Positions 1 through 9,137 of a stretch of DNA of 64,000 nt are shown piece by piece. A model generated the notes under the pieces. That model did no database searches. It was given only the letters and a program-made list of their open reading frames with translations, and was not told where the DNA came from. The position numbers and the translations under genes were made by a program. Numbering within the stretch: the stretch's first letter is position 1; each line of letters starts with the position of its first letter. This DNA comes from an uncultured Chloroflexia bacterium (GTDB lineage: Bacteria; Chloroflexota; Limnocylindria; Limnocylindrales; CSP1-4), in NCBI GenBank assembly GCA_963746845.1, contig CAVVCZ010000004.1, positions 320,001 through 384,000 on the forward strand. Reading direction: 5' to 3'.

Positions 1-1
1 G

Positions 2-367
2 CTCGAACGGCTCGGACGGGAGCCGATCACGGACGACGAGCTGGCACGCGCGCGCGCCCTGATCGAGACCGAGGAGCTGGCGGGCCTGTCGCGCGTCGAG
101 GAGCGGGCCGATCGGCTGTCGATGTACGCAACCCTGTTCGACGACCCGGACCTGATCAACCGGATGCTCGGGCGGTACCTCGCGGTCACGGCCGACCAGA
201 TCCGGTCGGTGGCGAGCGAAGTCTTCCGGGCGGACAACCGCGTCGTCCTGACCTACCTGCCGGATCTCCCGCCGGCCGACACGGCGACCGCCGAGGAGCA
301 CGCCGAGTCCCCGGCCGACGCCGCCGGGCCCGGGGACCGGGACGCTGACGAGGAGGTCGCGGCATGA
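2..367 (+). CDS. M16 (pitrilysin-like) peptidase subunit, C-terminal part (5' truncated by window)
   Basis: Open frame from base 2; the ELARAR...AVTADQIRSVA...NRVVLTYLP pattern is typical of an M16 C-terminal domain; overlaps the start of a second M16 gene. Confidence 0.75.
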   Translation, partial: LERLGREPITDDELARARALIETEELAGLSRVEERADRLSMYATLFDDPDLINRMLGRYLAVTADQIRSVASEVFRADNRVVLTYLPDLPPADTATAEEHAESPADAAGPGDRDADEEVAA

Positions 368-1863
368 GCGCGGACGTGCGGATCGTCGCCGAGCGTCCGA
401 CCCCCGGGACGCCGCGCCCGTACGAGTTCCCCGAGGTCCACCGGTCGCGTCTGGCCAACGGGCTGTCGCTCGTGGTGGCGGACCTGCCGGGCCGGCCCCT
501 CGTCTCGGCGACGCTCGTCCTGGGCAATGGCGCCATCGACGAGCCCGACGGCGATGGCGGGGCGACGGTCCTCGCGGCGCGCGCGCTGACCGAGGGGACG
601 GAGCGCCACGACGCGGTCGCGCTGGTGGAGGCGGCCGAGCGGCTCGGAGCCGCCCTCCACGCCGAGGCGGGCTGGGACGCGATGTCGATCGGGGTGGATG
701 TGCCCGCCGCGCGGCTCGAGCCGGCGCTCGAGCTCCTCGCCGAGGTCGCTCTCCAACCGACGTTCCCGGACGCCGAGGTGGAGCGGCTGCGTGACGAGCG
801 GCTGAACGACCTGCTCCAGGCCGAGGCGGACCCGCGCCGCCGCGCCGACGAGGCGTTCGCCGCCACGATCTACAGTGGCGGCTCGCCCTACCACCGGCCG
901 TCCGGCGGCACGCGCGAGACCGTGGAGAGCCTGGACGCCGGCCGCCTCCGCGCGGCCTATCGGCGGGGCCTCGACCCGACCCGCGCGACGCTCGTCGTCG
1001 GGGGCGACCTGACCGGGATCGACGTCCCCGCGATCGCCGATCGGCTCCTGGGTGGCTGGGGTGCCCAGTTCGGCGCGGGATCGACGGGCTCGATCGTGGC
1101 CGAGAGCGCCGTCCGCGAGCGGTTCATCCGCGTCCTGCACCGGCCCGGCTCGGTCCAGACCGAGATCCGGATCGGGCATGTCGGGGTGCCGAGGCGGATC
1201 CCCGACTATCACGCCCTGTCCGTGATGGCCGCGATCCTGGGCGGGCTGTTCAACTCCCGCCTGAACGCGAAGCTCCGCGAGGAGAAGGGCTACACGTATG
1301 GTGCGGGCGCGGGGTTCGACCTCCGCCGGGCCGCCGGCCCGTTCGCCGCCCGGGCGGCGGTCAACACCGAGGTCACCGTCCCGGCGATCGTCGACACGAT
1401 CACCGAGCTCGATCGGATCCGGTCGGGTCCGGTCACGCCAGTGGAGCTGGACGCGGCACGCGACTTCCTGATCGGCGTGTTCCCGCTCCGGTTCGAGACG
1501 GCCGGCGCCGTCGTGGGTGCCCTCGCGGGCCTCGCGGTCCACGACCTGCCACACGACGAGCTGGCGCGGTACCGGGCCGGGATCGAGGCCGTCTCGATCG
1601 ACGCCGTCCAGGCCGCGGCCGTCGCCCACGTCCGGCCGGGCTCGGCGGCCATCGTCCTCGTCGGGGACGCGGACGCGTTCGGGGCGGAGCTGGAGGCGGC
1701 CGGTCTCGGACGGATCGTGATCGAGCGGGATCGCGGCCTCCAGGACGAGGGCCGGGACGACGGGGTCCAGGAGGGCCTCGGGCCGGTCGACGAAGGGACA
1801 TCCGGACCGACCGGCGGCGCGGAAGAGCCGGCCGAGGACGACGGGGGCGAGATCGCGGGCTGA
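364..1863 (+). CDS. M16 family peptidase, probably the non-catalytic subunit
   Basis: LANGL N-terminus, ILGGLFNSRLNAKLREEKGYTYG motif; no HxxEH seen. Confidence 0.9.
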   Translation: MSADVRIVAERPTPGTPRPYEFPEVHRSRLANGLSLVVADLPGRPLVSATLVLGNGAIDEPDGDGGATVLAARALTEGTERHDAVALVEAAERLGAALHAEAGWDAMSIGVDVPAARLEPALELLAEVALQPTFPDAEVERLRDERLNDLLQAEADPRRRADEAFAATIYSGGSPYHRPSGGTRETVESLDAGRLRAAYRRGLDPTRATLVVGGDLTGIDVPAIADRLLGGWGAQFGAGSTGSIVAESAVRERFIRVLHRPGSVQTEIRIGHVGVPRRIPDYHALSVMAAILGGLFNSRLNAKLREEKGYTYGAGAGFDLRRAAGPFAARAAVNTEVTVPAIVDTITELDRIRSGPVTPVELDAARDFLIGVFPLRFETAGAVVGALAGLAVHDLPHDELARYRAGIEAVSIDAVQAAAVAHVRPGSAAIVLVGDADAFGAELEAAGLGRIVIERDRGLQDEGRDDGVQEGLGPVDEGTSGPTGGAEEPAEDDGGEIAG

Positions 1864-1940
1864 GGCTCGGGGCGCCCCGCGCCGGCGCGACCCTCGCGGC
1901 CGTCCGGCGCATGGCCTCTCGCGCCCCCGACATCGCATAT

Positions 1941-2079
1941 GTGTGGGTGACACACGCGACAACGCAACAGCCTGATGCACGTGTGCGTGACACACCGGCG
2001 CGAGCAGCTGACGACCGTCCGAGCGTGAGCGGGCCGAATGGGTTGCCACCCGCTCGTCCTCGCGTGGGGGTGACACACG
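1941..2079. repeat. Intergenic element with three GTGTG-N6-CACAC-type imperfect palindromes
   Basis: GTGTGGGTGACACACG (1941), GTGTGCGTGACACACC (1981), GTGGGGGTGACACACG (2064); a related element lies at 50153-50293. Confidence 0.7.
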
Positions 2080-2225
2080 GACGGCAACGTCGAGGCACGC
2101 GCGAGAGGCGTGAAGAGCGCGCGCGAGGGAGCGCGACCGCCGCCTGAAACCTTTACGCGACGGGCCGGCTCAAGGTGGCAGAAGGTCGACGGATCGTCGG
2201 CCGCCACCGGAGAAGCCCAACCATC

Positions 2226-2720
2226 ATGGATGTCAAGAACCGCCTCGCCCGAAGCGTCGCCGTCTCGACGGTCGCCCTGTTCGTCGTGACCGGCGCCGTC
2301 CTCGGCGCCAACGCCCTGACCCAGCCGAGCCCGACCGGCACGGCCGTGCCGGTCGCCGCGACCGACGCCACCATCGAGCCCACCGAGACCGCCGAGCCCA
2401 CGGACACGGCCGAGCCGACGGAGACCGCGGAGGCGACCGAGACTGCCGAGCCTGCCGGGACGGCCGAGCCGGCCGGGACGGCCGCGCCGGCCGGGACGGC
2501 CGAACCCACCGCGACCGCCGATGACCACGGCGGCCAGGGCGAGGTCGAGGCGACCGACGACCACGGCGCGACCGCCGACGACAACGACCAGCACGAGCAG
2601 GGCGAGGACGCGAACGACGACTCCGGCACCCAGGGCTCGGGGAGCGACAACTCCGGCACCGGCTCCACCAGCTCGGGGCACGGCCATGACGGCTCAGAGG
2701 ACGAGTCCGGCGATCACTGA
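2226..2720 (+). CDS. Secreted low-complexity protein with EPTETA repeats and DDHG motifs
   Basis: Signal-peptide-like N-terminus, tandem (T/E)AEP repeats, acidic His-containing tail. Confidence 0.75.
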   Translation: MDVKNRLARSVAVSTVALFVVTGAVLGANALTQPSPTGTAVPVAATDATIEPTETAEPTDTAEPTETAEATETAEPAGTAEPAGTAAPAGTAEPTATADDHGGQGEVEATDDHGATADDNDQHEQGEDANDDSGTQGSGSDNSGTGSTSSGHGHDGSEDESGDH

Positions 2721-2759
2721 CCACCAGAAACCGCGCCGACAGCGCGCCCGAACGGAACC

Positions 2760-3407
2760 GTGGACCATGGACGGACGCTCGACGGCCCGTCCACGGTCTC
2801 GTCAGTCAACGGGGAGCGAGCCACGGCATCGTCGACCATCCACCGCCCACCCCTGGCCGATCTCGACGACGAGGCGGCCGTCGAAGCCGTGCTCGCCGGT
2901 GACCGGGACGCGTTCCGGGTCCTCGTCGACCGAGAGGGCGCCGCGGTCGTCCGAGCGTGTCATCGGATCCTCGGTGACGTGCACGAGGCCGAGGATGCAG
3001 CCCAGGAGGCATTCGTGACGGCGTTCCGCAGCCTCGCCGGATGGCGGGCCGAAGGCCCGTTCGGTGCGTGGCTCACGCGGATCGCCGTCCGGATCGCGCT
3101 CCGCCGTGTCGGGGCCCGGCGCGACGTCACGTGGCTGGACCCGATGAACCCACCCGCCGCCCTCGACCGCGCCGGAGGCCCCGATCCCGCGACGAGCGCG
3201 CTCCGATCGGAGCGGGCCGCCGATGTTCGCGCGGCGGTCGCCCGACTGGACGAGCCGTACCGTGAGGTCGTCGCGCTGCGGTTCTTCGGCGACCTCAGCC
3301 TCGACGAGATCGCCCGCCAGACCGGCCGTCCCGTCCCGACCGTCAAGACCCATCTCCGACGCGGCCTCATCCGGCTGCGCTCCGTCGTCGAAGGGAGCCC
3401 GTCGTGA
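2760..3407 (+). CDS. ECF sigma-70 factor
   Basis: Region 2 (EAEDAAQEAFVTAF...FGAWLTRIA) and region 4 (YREVVALRFFGDLSLDEIA...TVKTHLRRG). Confidence 0.93.
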   Translation: MDHGRTLDGPSTVSSVNGERATASSTIHRPPLADLDDEAAVEAVLAGDRDAFRVLVDREGAAVVRACHRILGDVHEAEDAAQEAFVTAFRSLAGWRAEGPFGAWLTRIAVRIALRRVGARRDVTWLDPMNPPAALDRAGGPDPATSALRSERAADVRAAVARLDEPYREVVALRFFGDLSLDEIARQTGRPVPTVKTHLRRGLIRLRSVVEGSPS

Positions 3408-4102
3408 CCGGCGATCGCTCGAACCTTCCCGGCGACGAGGACCGCCTCGTGCGCGAGATGACGGACGAGCTGGAGGCACTCATGGCGGGGCCGGCCGTCG
3501 CGCCCGAGGACGGGTTCACCGATCGCGTGATGGCCTCGATCGCGGGCGAGCCGCTCCCGCAGCCGGTCCGGGCGTTCACGCTGGCGCTGCTCGGAGGCCG
3601 GCTCCGTGCGGCTGGGTCGTCCCTCGGCGACGCCTGGCGGGTCGCGACGAGCGGGTTCGCGCCGGCCGTCGTCCGCGCACAGGCGCTGGCGCTCGTGCTC
3701 GCGGTGAGCGTGGCGACCATCGCGCTGGCCGGCGGGGCCACCGTCGGGGCGATGAACCTGCTGACCCCGCCGGCGACCCCGTCCAATCCGACACCGAGCC
3801 CGAGCCCCACACCGAGCACGTCACCGTCCCCAAGCCCGTCCGCGGAGCCGACGGACGGCGCATCGCCGACGGAGACGATCGAGCCGTCGGAGACGCCCGA
3901 ACCGACCGCGACCGACGACCACGGCGGTCGAACGGCGTCACCCACGGCGACCGGGACCGACGATCGCGGCGGCGGTTCCGGAAGCGGCGATTCCGGTGGT
4001 GGCGGCTCGGGAAGCGGGTCGGATGGAGGGGGCTCCGGGAAGCAAGGGACGCCCGAACCGACCGAATCCGACGATCACGGCGGCGGCGGGAGCGACGGCT
4101 AG
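3404..4102 (+). CDS. Putative membrane anti-sigma factor with Pro/Ser/Thr linker and DDHGG tail
   Basis: Overlaps the sigma stop; short cytoplasmic N-terminus (APEDGFTDRVMA), one TM segment, low-complexity C-terminus. Confidence 0.7.
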   Translation: MTGDRSNLPGDEDRLVREMTDELEALMAGPAVAPEDGFTDRVMASIAGEPLPQPVRAFTLALLGGRLRAAGSSLGDAWRVATSGFAPAVVRAQALALVLAVSVATIALAGGATVGAMNLLTPPATPSNPTPSPSPTPSTSPSPSPSAEPTDGASPTETIEPSETPEPTATDDHGGRTASPTATGTDDRGGGSGSGDSGGGGSGSGSDGGGSGKQGTPEPTESDDHGGGGSDG

Positions 4103-4129
4103 CGATCCCGGGCGGCCGGTCCCCGACCC

Positions 4130-4828
4130 GTGGGTCGCGGTACGCTCTCGCTCGTGATCGCGGTTGTCGGGAACCCCGTGGGTCGGCGCGCTCGCGGCGC
4201 CATCGCCGCGGCCGGTCTCCCGGTCGCGATCGCGAGGGCCGCAGCGGCCGCCGGCGCGGACGTCCAGGTGATCGGGAAGGTCGGCGAGGGTGCCGATGGC
4301 GACGCGGTCCTGCTGTCGCTGGCCACGCTGGGCGTCGGTCATGTGGCCCTGCTCCGGGACCCGGCGCCGGCATCGATCGAGACCGATGGGACAGGCGTGG
4401 ATCCGGACCTCCCGATCGACGAGCTCGCGGGTCTGGATGACGGTGCAGCCGACCTCATCGAACCGGACGCCGCGGCTTCGCCGGGTCCCGGCCTCGAGTC
4501 GGCCGACCTGGCGCTCGCGCTCCAGTACCTGCCCGACTATCGGGTCGTCGTCGTCGCCCAACCACTCGACGCCGCGGCGCTCGCCGCGGCGGCCGAAGCC
4601 GCCGGCTGGTCCGGCGCACGGCTCGTGGTCGTCACCGCCGACGAGCGATCGCCGGTCGCGACCCTGCCGGATGACGCCACGATCCTCGAGGCCCCGGCCG
4701 ACGACGCCGAGGGCGCCTTCGCCTCGCTCGTCGGCCGGTACGCGGCCGCGCTCGACGCCGGATCGTCGCCGGCGGACGCGTTCGCCGCGGCGTCGGGCGC
4801 GACCGGCTGGGCCGCCGTGGCCGACTGA
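4130..4828 (+). CDS. Divergent PfkB/ribokinase-like protein
   Basis: IARAAAAAGADVQVIGKVGEGADGD resembles PfkB signature 1; degenerate C-terminal motif. Confidence 0.5.
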   Translation: MGRGTLSLVIAVVGNPVGRRARGAIAAAGLPVAIARAAAAAGADVQVIGKVGEGADGDAVLLSLATLGVGHVALLRDPAPASIETDGTGVDPDLPIDELAGLDDGAADLIEPDAAASPGPGLESADLALALQYLPDYRVVVVAQPLDAAALAAAAEAAGWSGARLVVVTADERSPVATLPDDATILEAPADDAEGAFASLVGRYAAALDAGSSPADAFAAASGATGWAAVAD

Positions 4829-4831
4829 CGG

Positions 4832-5551
4832 CTAGTCGAACAGCCCGGGCGGCCCCGACGTGGCCGTCGCGAGCGACGCGAGGTCGATCGGGTCCACCAG
4901 CTCCGGGCCGTCATTCCGGACGTTGTTCACCAGGTCGCGGACGGGCTCGATCCGCAGCTCGACCTCGTCGGTCGGCTCGAACAGGCCCTGCAGCTCGGAC
5001 GGGTCGGCCAGGTCCGGGTCCAGCCACAGGTCCCACGAGCGCTCCGGCACGACGACGGGCATCCGGTCGTGGAGTGCCGCCATCTGCTCGTTCGGCGCGG
5101 TCGTGATGATCGAGAACGTCCGGACGACAGCGTCTCTCGCCGGGTCGCGCCAGCCGGACCAGAGACCGGCGAGGGCGAGCGGCCGTCGATCGGCCCGCCC
5201 GACCGTGAACGGCTGGCGCCGCCCGGCGATCCGCTGCCACTCGTAGAACCCGTCGACCGGGACGAGGCAGCGCTTCCGGCGAAGGGCGTCGGCGAACGCG
5301 GGCGACCGCGACAGGGTCTCCGAGCGGGCATTGAACATCCGTGATGCGACCTTGGCGTTGTCGGCCCAGTGCGGGATCAACCCCCAGCGCCAGGCGACGA
5401 TCGCGCGGCGCCCCTCGCGCTGGGCGACGACATACGCCTCGTCGGTCGGGGCGATGTTCCAGCGCGGTCCGAGCTCGTCGGTGAGCGGTTCGGCCGCGAA
5501 GATCTCCGCCAGCTCGGACGCCGGTCGCTGCTGGCTGAACCGTCCACACAT
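4832..5551 (-). CDS. SOS response-associated peptidase (SRAP/HMCES/YedK family)
   Basis: MCGRF N-terminus, FNARSET, GFYEW, HDRMPV motifs. Confidence 0.95.
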   Translation of the reverse strand: MCGRFSQQRPASELAEIFAAEPLTDELGPRWNIAPTDEAYVVAQREGRRAIVAWRWGLIPHWADNAKVASRMFNARSETLSRSPAFADALRRKRCLVPVDGFYEWQRIAGRRQPFTVGRADRRPLALAGLWSGWRDPARDAVVRTFSIITTAPNEQMAALHDRMPVVVPERSWDLWLDPDLADPSELQGLFEPTDEVELRIEPVRDLVNNVRNDGPELVDPIDLASLATATSGPPGLFD

Positions 5552-5592
5552 GCCCGGCAAGTCTAGACGCGCGTCCTGTATCGTCCCGGGCG

Positions 5593-6819
5593 ATGGACCA
5601 CCCCCAGGGTTCGCGGCCGGCCGTCGATCCTCGCGTCACCGGACCGCTCAGCCCTGAGGCCGCAGCCACGCTGCTCGACCAGGGCCGGGCGCTGCTGGAT
5701 GCCGGGGACTTCGGCCAGGCGCTCGCCACGTACCAGCGCGTCGTCGGCTTCGACGACCCCGAGGTGACGGCGGCCGCGCTCCTCGGCATGGCCCAGGCAC
5801 GCTACCGGATGGACGACGATGACAATGCCCTCCGGACCTGGGAGGCGGTCCTCGAGCTGCCCGAGACGACCTCCACGTACGCGGCCTGGCGGAACGTCGC
5901 GGCCGCCCGCGTCCGCGACGGCGACCTCAACGGCGCGATCGCCGCGTACCGCGAAGCGGACCGTCGGGCGCCGGCCGAGGACAAGGCGGAGATCGCGAAC
6001 CGGCTTGGCTGGTTGGCCAAGGAGACCGGCAACGTCCGTGCGTCGCGCCGGTACTTCGCCCGTGGGCGCGGGAGCTACCTGCCGGTCGCGACGTATTCGA
6101 TCCTCGGGATCACCGTCGCCGTCTCGCTTGCGGCGGCGTTCGCCGCCGACGGGGCGAAGATCTACGAGGCCCTCTGGCTCGACAAGGTCCTGATCGCGAT
6201 CGGCCAGCTGTGGAGGTTGGTCACGGTCACCCTCGTCCACGGCGACAAGCCGCCGGCCGAGCTGTCGCTGACGCTCGTCCACCTGCTCGGCAACATGTAC
6301 GCGCTGTACCTGGTCGGGCCGATCGTTGAGCGGTTGTACGGCCCATCCCGGCTCGTCGCGTTCTACATCGTCGCGGCGATCGGCGGATCACTGACGACGT
6401 TCGCGTTCGGCGAGGCGCAGTTCGGGACCGGCGCGTCCGGCGCGATCTTCGGCCTCTTCGGCGTCCTGTTCGCGGCGACGCGGCTGCATCTCCCGGTGCT
6501 CGATCGGGCGAGCCGCAACGTCGCCGGCCAGATCGGGATCCTGATCGTCATCAACATCGCGTTCGGGCTGAGCAGCGGGATCGTGGACAACATGGCCCAT
6601 ATCGGCGGGCTCGTGACGGGCGTCCTGCTCGCGGTCGCCTTCCCGCCCGGCAAGGTCCCGACCCTCCGCGCGATGTGGCAGCCGGGCGCCGACGGTCAGA
6701 TCGCGTCGGGCAACATCCTCGCGAGCCCGATGGCCCGGATCGGCTCGATCGCGCTCCTGGTCGTCCTGATGGCCGTGACGGCGGTGATCGGCTTCAACGC
6801 GTGGGGACCGCCGGGCTGA
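5593..6819 (+). CDS. Rhomboid intramembrane serine protease with N-terminal TPR repeats
   Basis: TPR-like helices, then WRLVT, HLLGNM, GASGAIFG and AHIGG rhomboid motifs. Confidence 0.9.
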   Translation: MDHPQGSRPAVDPRVTGPLSPEAAATLLDQGRALLDAGDFGQALATYQRVVGFDDPEVTAAALLGMAQARYRMDDDDNALRTWEAVLELPETTSTYAAWRNVAAARVRDGDLNGAIAAYREADRRAPAEDKAEIANRLGWLAKETGNVRASRRYFARGRGSYLPVATYSILGITVAVSLAAAFAADGAKIYEALWLDKVLIAIGQLWRLVTVTLVHGDKPPAELSLTLVHLLGNMYALYLVGPIVERLYGPSRLVAFYIVAAIGGSLTTFAFGEAQFGTGASGAIFGLFGVLFAATRLHLPVLDRASRNVAGQIGILIVINIAFGLSSGIVDNMAHIGGLVTGVLLAVAFPPGKVPTLRAMWQPGADGQIASGNILASPMARIGSIALLVVLMAVTAVIGFNAWGPPG

Positions 6820-8272
6820 CCATCGGCCGCTCCGGTGGGCTGACCGGCAGGACCACGCTGACGCGCGCGCCGTGGGGCGCGAGGTTCTCCGCGATCGCCG
6901 AGCCACCGTGGGCACGGGCGAGCTCGCGGACGATCGCCAGTCCGAGCCCGCTCCCGGACCCCGATCGCGACGGGTCGCCGCGGTAGAACCGCTCGAACGC
7001 ACGGTCGGTGCCGCCGGGCGGGAAGCCGGGGCCGTCGTCGACCACCGAGAACGCGATCGCTTCGCCGGGGACGCCGGCGGCTCCGTCCACGCGACGCGCC
7101 TCCAGCCGGACATGACCGCCCGGCCCGACGATCCCGAGGGCGTTGTCGACGAGGTTGCCGAGGATCCGGTCGAGGGCCAGCCGATCGGCCGCCAGCGACC
7201 GGGGCGTGTCATCGCCGCCGTCGCCGTCGGGCGGGTCGGCGAGGGCGAGCTCGATCCCGGAACCCTCGGCGCGCGCGGCGAAGCGATCGAACGTGGCCGC
7301 GAGGACCGCGTCGGCGTCCAGTGGCTCCAGGTGGAGCGTGTCACTGCCCGTCCGGAGCCGGTCGATCGCGCCGAGCTCCCCGACGAGCCGCTCGAGCCGC
7401 GCCGTCTCCTCCGCGATCGCCGCCGCTGCGCGCTCGGCCGCCTCGCCGGTCGCCGTGCCGTCCGCGAGGGCGGCCGCATAGCCGCCGATCACCGTGAGCG
7501 GGGTCCGGAGGTCGTGGCGCAGGTCGGCCAGCAGCTCACTCTCGCGGGCCCGGCTCCGGGCCAGCTCGATCGCGAGGACGTTGACGCGCTCGGTCAGCTC
7601 CCGGACCTCGCGCGGACCCGAGGCCGGGAGGGGCTCGGTCGGCGCCGTCACCGGGTCGATGAGCGCGTTGGCCCGGCCGGCGAGCCGGCCGAGGGGCCGC
7701 GCGACGGAACGCGAGAGGAGCACGGCCAGCGGCGCGCCGACGAGAAGCGTGACCAGGATCACGATCGGGAGCGTCCGGGTGACGTCGCGAACCGCCGAGG
7801 CACCGGACGTGTCGACCTGCGAGAGGAGGACGGCCCGGTACGGAGTCGCGTTCGGGCCGCGCAGGACGAGCGCGGCGTAGTCGTGGCTCGTCGCCGTCCG
7901 TGAAGCTCGGTCATCCCGGTCAGGGTCTCGCCGATGCGGGTATCGGTCGGGATGACGATCGGGTCGACGGGGGAGGGGTCGGTCGCCCCGATCTCGACGA
8001 TCGATCCGTCCGTCGCGAGGAGCTGGACGGTGACGCCGCGTGTCGGCCACCTCCGACCGGATCTGGTTGACGACCTGGCGCACCTCGCGATCGACGACGG
8101 CGGTCCGGATCCGGACGGCAAGCGTCTGGGCGATGTCCGCGAGCGAGCTCGACGTGGCCTCGGCGTGGAGGCCGCGCAGGACGACGAGCATCGTCGCCCC
8201 GATCGCCAGCCAGAGCACGATCGCGAGGAGCGCGAACGCACCGACGATCCGGCCGGTGAGGCTGGCGGGCAC
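6794..8272 (-). CDS. Sensor histidine kinase (HAMP-HisKA-HATPase) with compensating indels in the sensor domain
   Basis: HDLRTPLT, NLVDNAL, DDGPG, FERFYR, GSGLGLAI; about 7885-8040 reads sensibly only in a shifted frame. Confidence 0.9.
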   Translation of the reverse strand: MPASLTGRIVGAFALLAIVLWLAIGATMLVVLRGLHAEATSSSLADIAQTLAVRIRTAVVDREVRQVVNQIRSEVADTRRHRPAPRDGRIDRRDRGDRPLPRRPDRHPDRYPHRRDPDRDDRASRTATSHDYAALVLRGPNATPYRAVLLSQVDTSGASAVRDVTRTLPIVILVTLLVGAPLAVLLSRSVARPLGRLAGRANALIDPVTAPTEPLPASGPREVRELTERVNVLAIELARSRARESELLADLRHDLRTPLTVIGGYAAALADGTATGEAAERAAAAIAEETARLERLVGELGAIDRLRTGSDTLHLEPLDADAVLAATFDRFAARAEGSGIELALADPPDGDGGDDTPRSLAADRLALDRILGNLVDNALGIVGPGGHVRLEARRVDGAAGVPGEAIAFSVVDDGPGFPPGGTDRAFERFYRGDPSRSGSGSGLGLAIVRELARAHGGSAIAENLAPHGARVSVVLPVSPPERPMVSPAVPTR

Positions 8273-8275
8273 CGG

Positions 8276-8992
8276 TCAGGCTGCCGGCGAGTCGGAGGGC
8301 GATGCGGGGAGGGGTTCGCGGCCCGGCGGGACCAGCCGGTAGCCGACACCGCGGACGGTCTCGATCGGGGGGCCGTCCGGGCCGAGCTTCCGGCGGACCT
8401 CGCCGACGTGGACATCGACCGTCCGCGTCTCGCCCGGGAAGTCGGTGCCCCAGACGTCCTCGAGGAGCATGTCCCGGGTCAGGACCACGCCCGGATCGCG
8501 GGCGAGCGCCGCGAGGAGGTCGAACTCGCGGGCCCGCAGACCGAGGTCCCGGCCGGCGACCGTCGCCTCGCGCCGCCGCGGATCGATCCGGAGCGTGCCC
8601 ACCTCCATCGGCCGGCCGCCGCGGGCGGTGACGTCCGTCCGGCGGAGGATCGCCTTCACGCGGGCGACGAGGGCACGCGGGTTGAACGGCTTCGTCACGT
8701 AGTCGTCCGCGCCGAGCTCGAGACCGACGATCGCGTCGATGTCGTCGTCCCGGGCGGTGAGCATCAGGACCGGCGTGTCGCCCCGGCGGCGGATCTCCCG
8801 ACAGACCTCGAAGCCGTCGAGCCTCGGCAGCATGACGTCGAGCACGACGAGGTCCGGGTCGTGCCGGGCGTGGCGGTCGAGGGCCTCCTGCCCGTCGTAG
8901 GCGGTGACGACCGCGTAGCCCTCCTTCTCGAGGTAGAGCCGGACGAGGTCGACGATGTGGCGCTCGTCATCGACCACGAGGATCGTCTTCAT
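8276..8992 (-). CDS. OmpR/PhoB-family response regulator
   Basis: REC domain (ILVVDDE, LDVMLP, KPF) plus winged helix (RTVDVHV, TVRGVGY). Confidence 0.95.
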   Translation of the reverse strand: MKTILVVDDERHIVDLVRLYLEKEGYAVVTAYDGQEALDRHARHDPDLVVLDVMLPRLDGFEVCREIRRRGDTPVLMLTARDDDIDAIVGLELGADDYVTKPFNPRALVARVKAILRRTDVTARGGRPMEVGTLRIDPRRREATVAGRDLGLRAREFDLLAALARDPGVVLTRDMLLEDVWGTDFPGETRTVDVHVGEVRRKLGPDGPPIETVRGVGYRLVPPGREPLPASPSDSPAA

Positions 8993-9137
8993 CGCGGCGG
9001 AGGATACGCTGCGCCCGAGCCCGCGATCCCCCCTCGCGTAAGCGGACGGTAAGGCGGGCGTGCGTCAGCGGTGCGCCGACGGCGACGCGGGCACGCCCAC
9101 GGGATGCGCTAGGATCGGGCCCCCGCCCGGAGGCTCC

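Noticed and set aside
2380-2520. Tandem 18-bp-period DNA repeats
   Set aside because: Explained by the encoded TAEP/EPTE peptide repeats.
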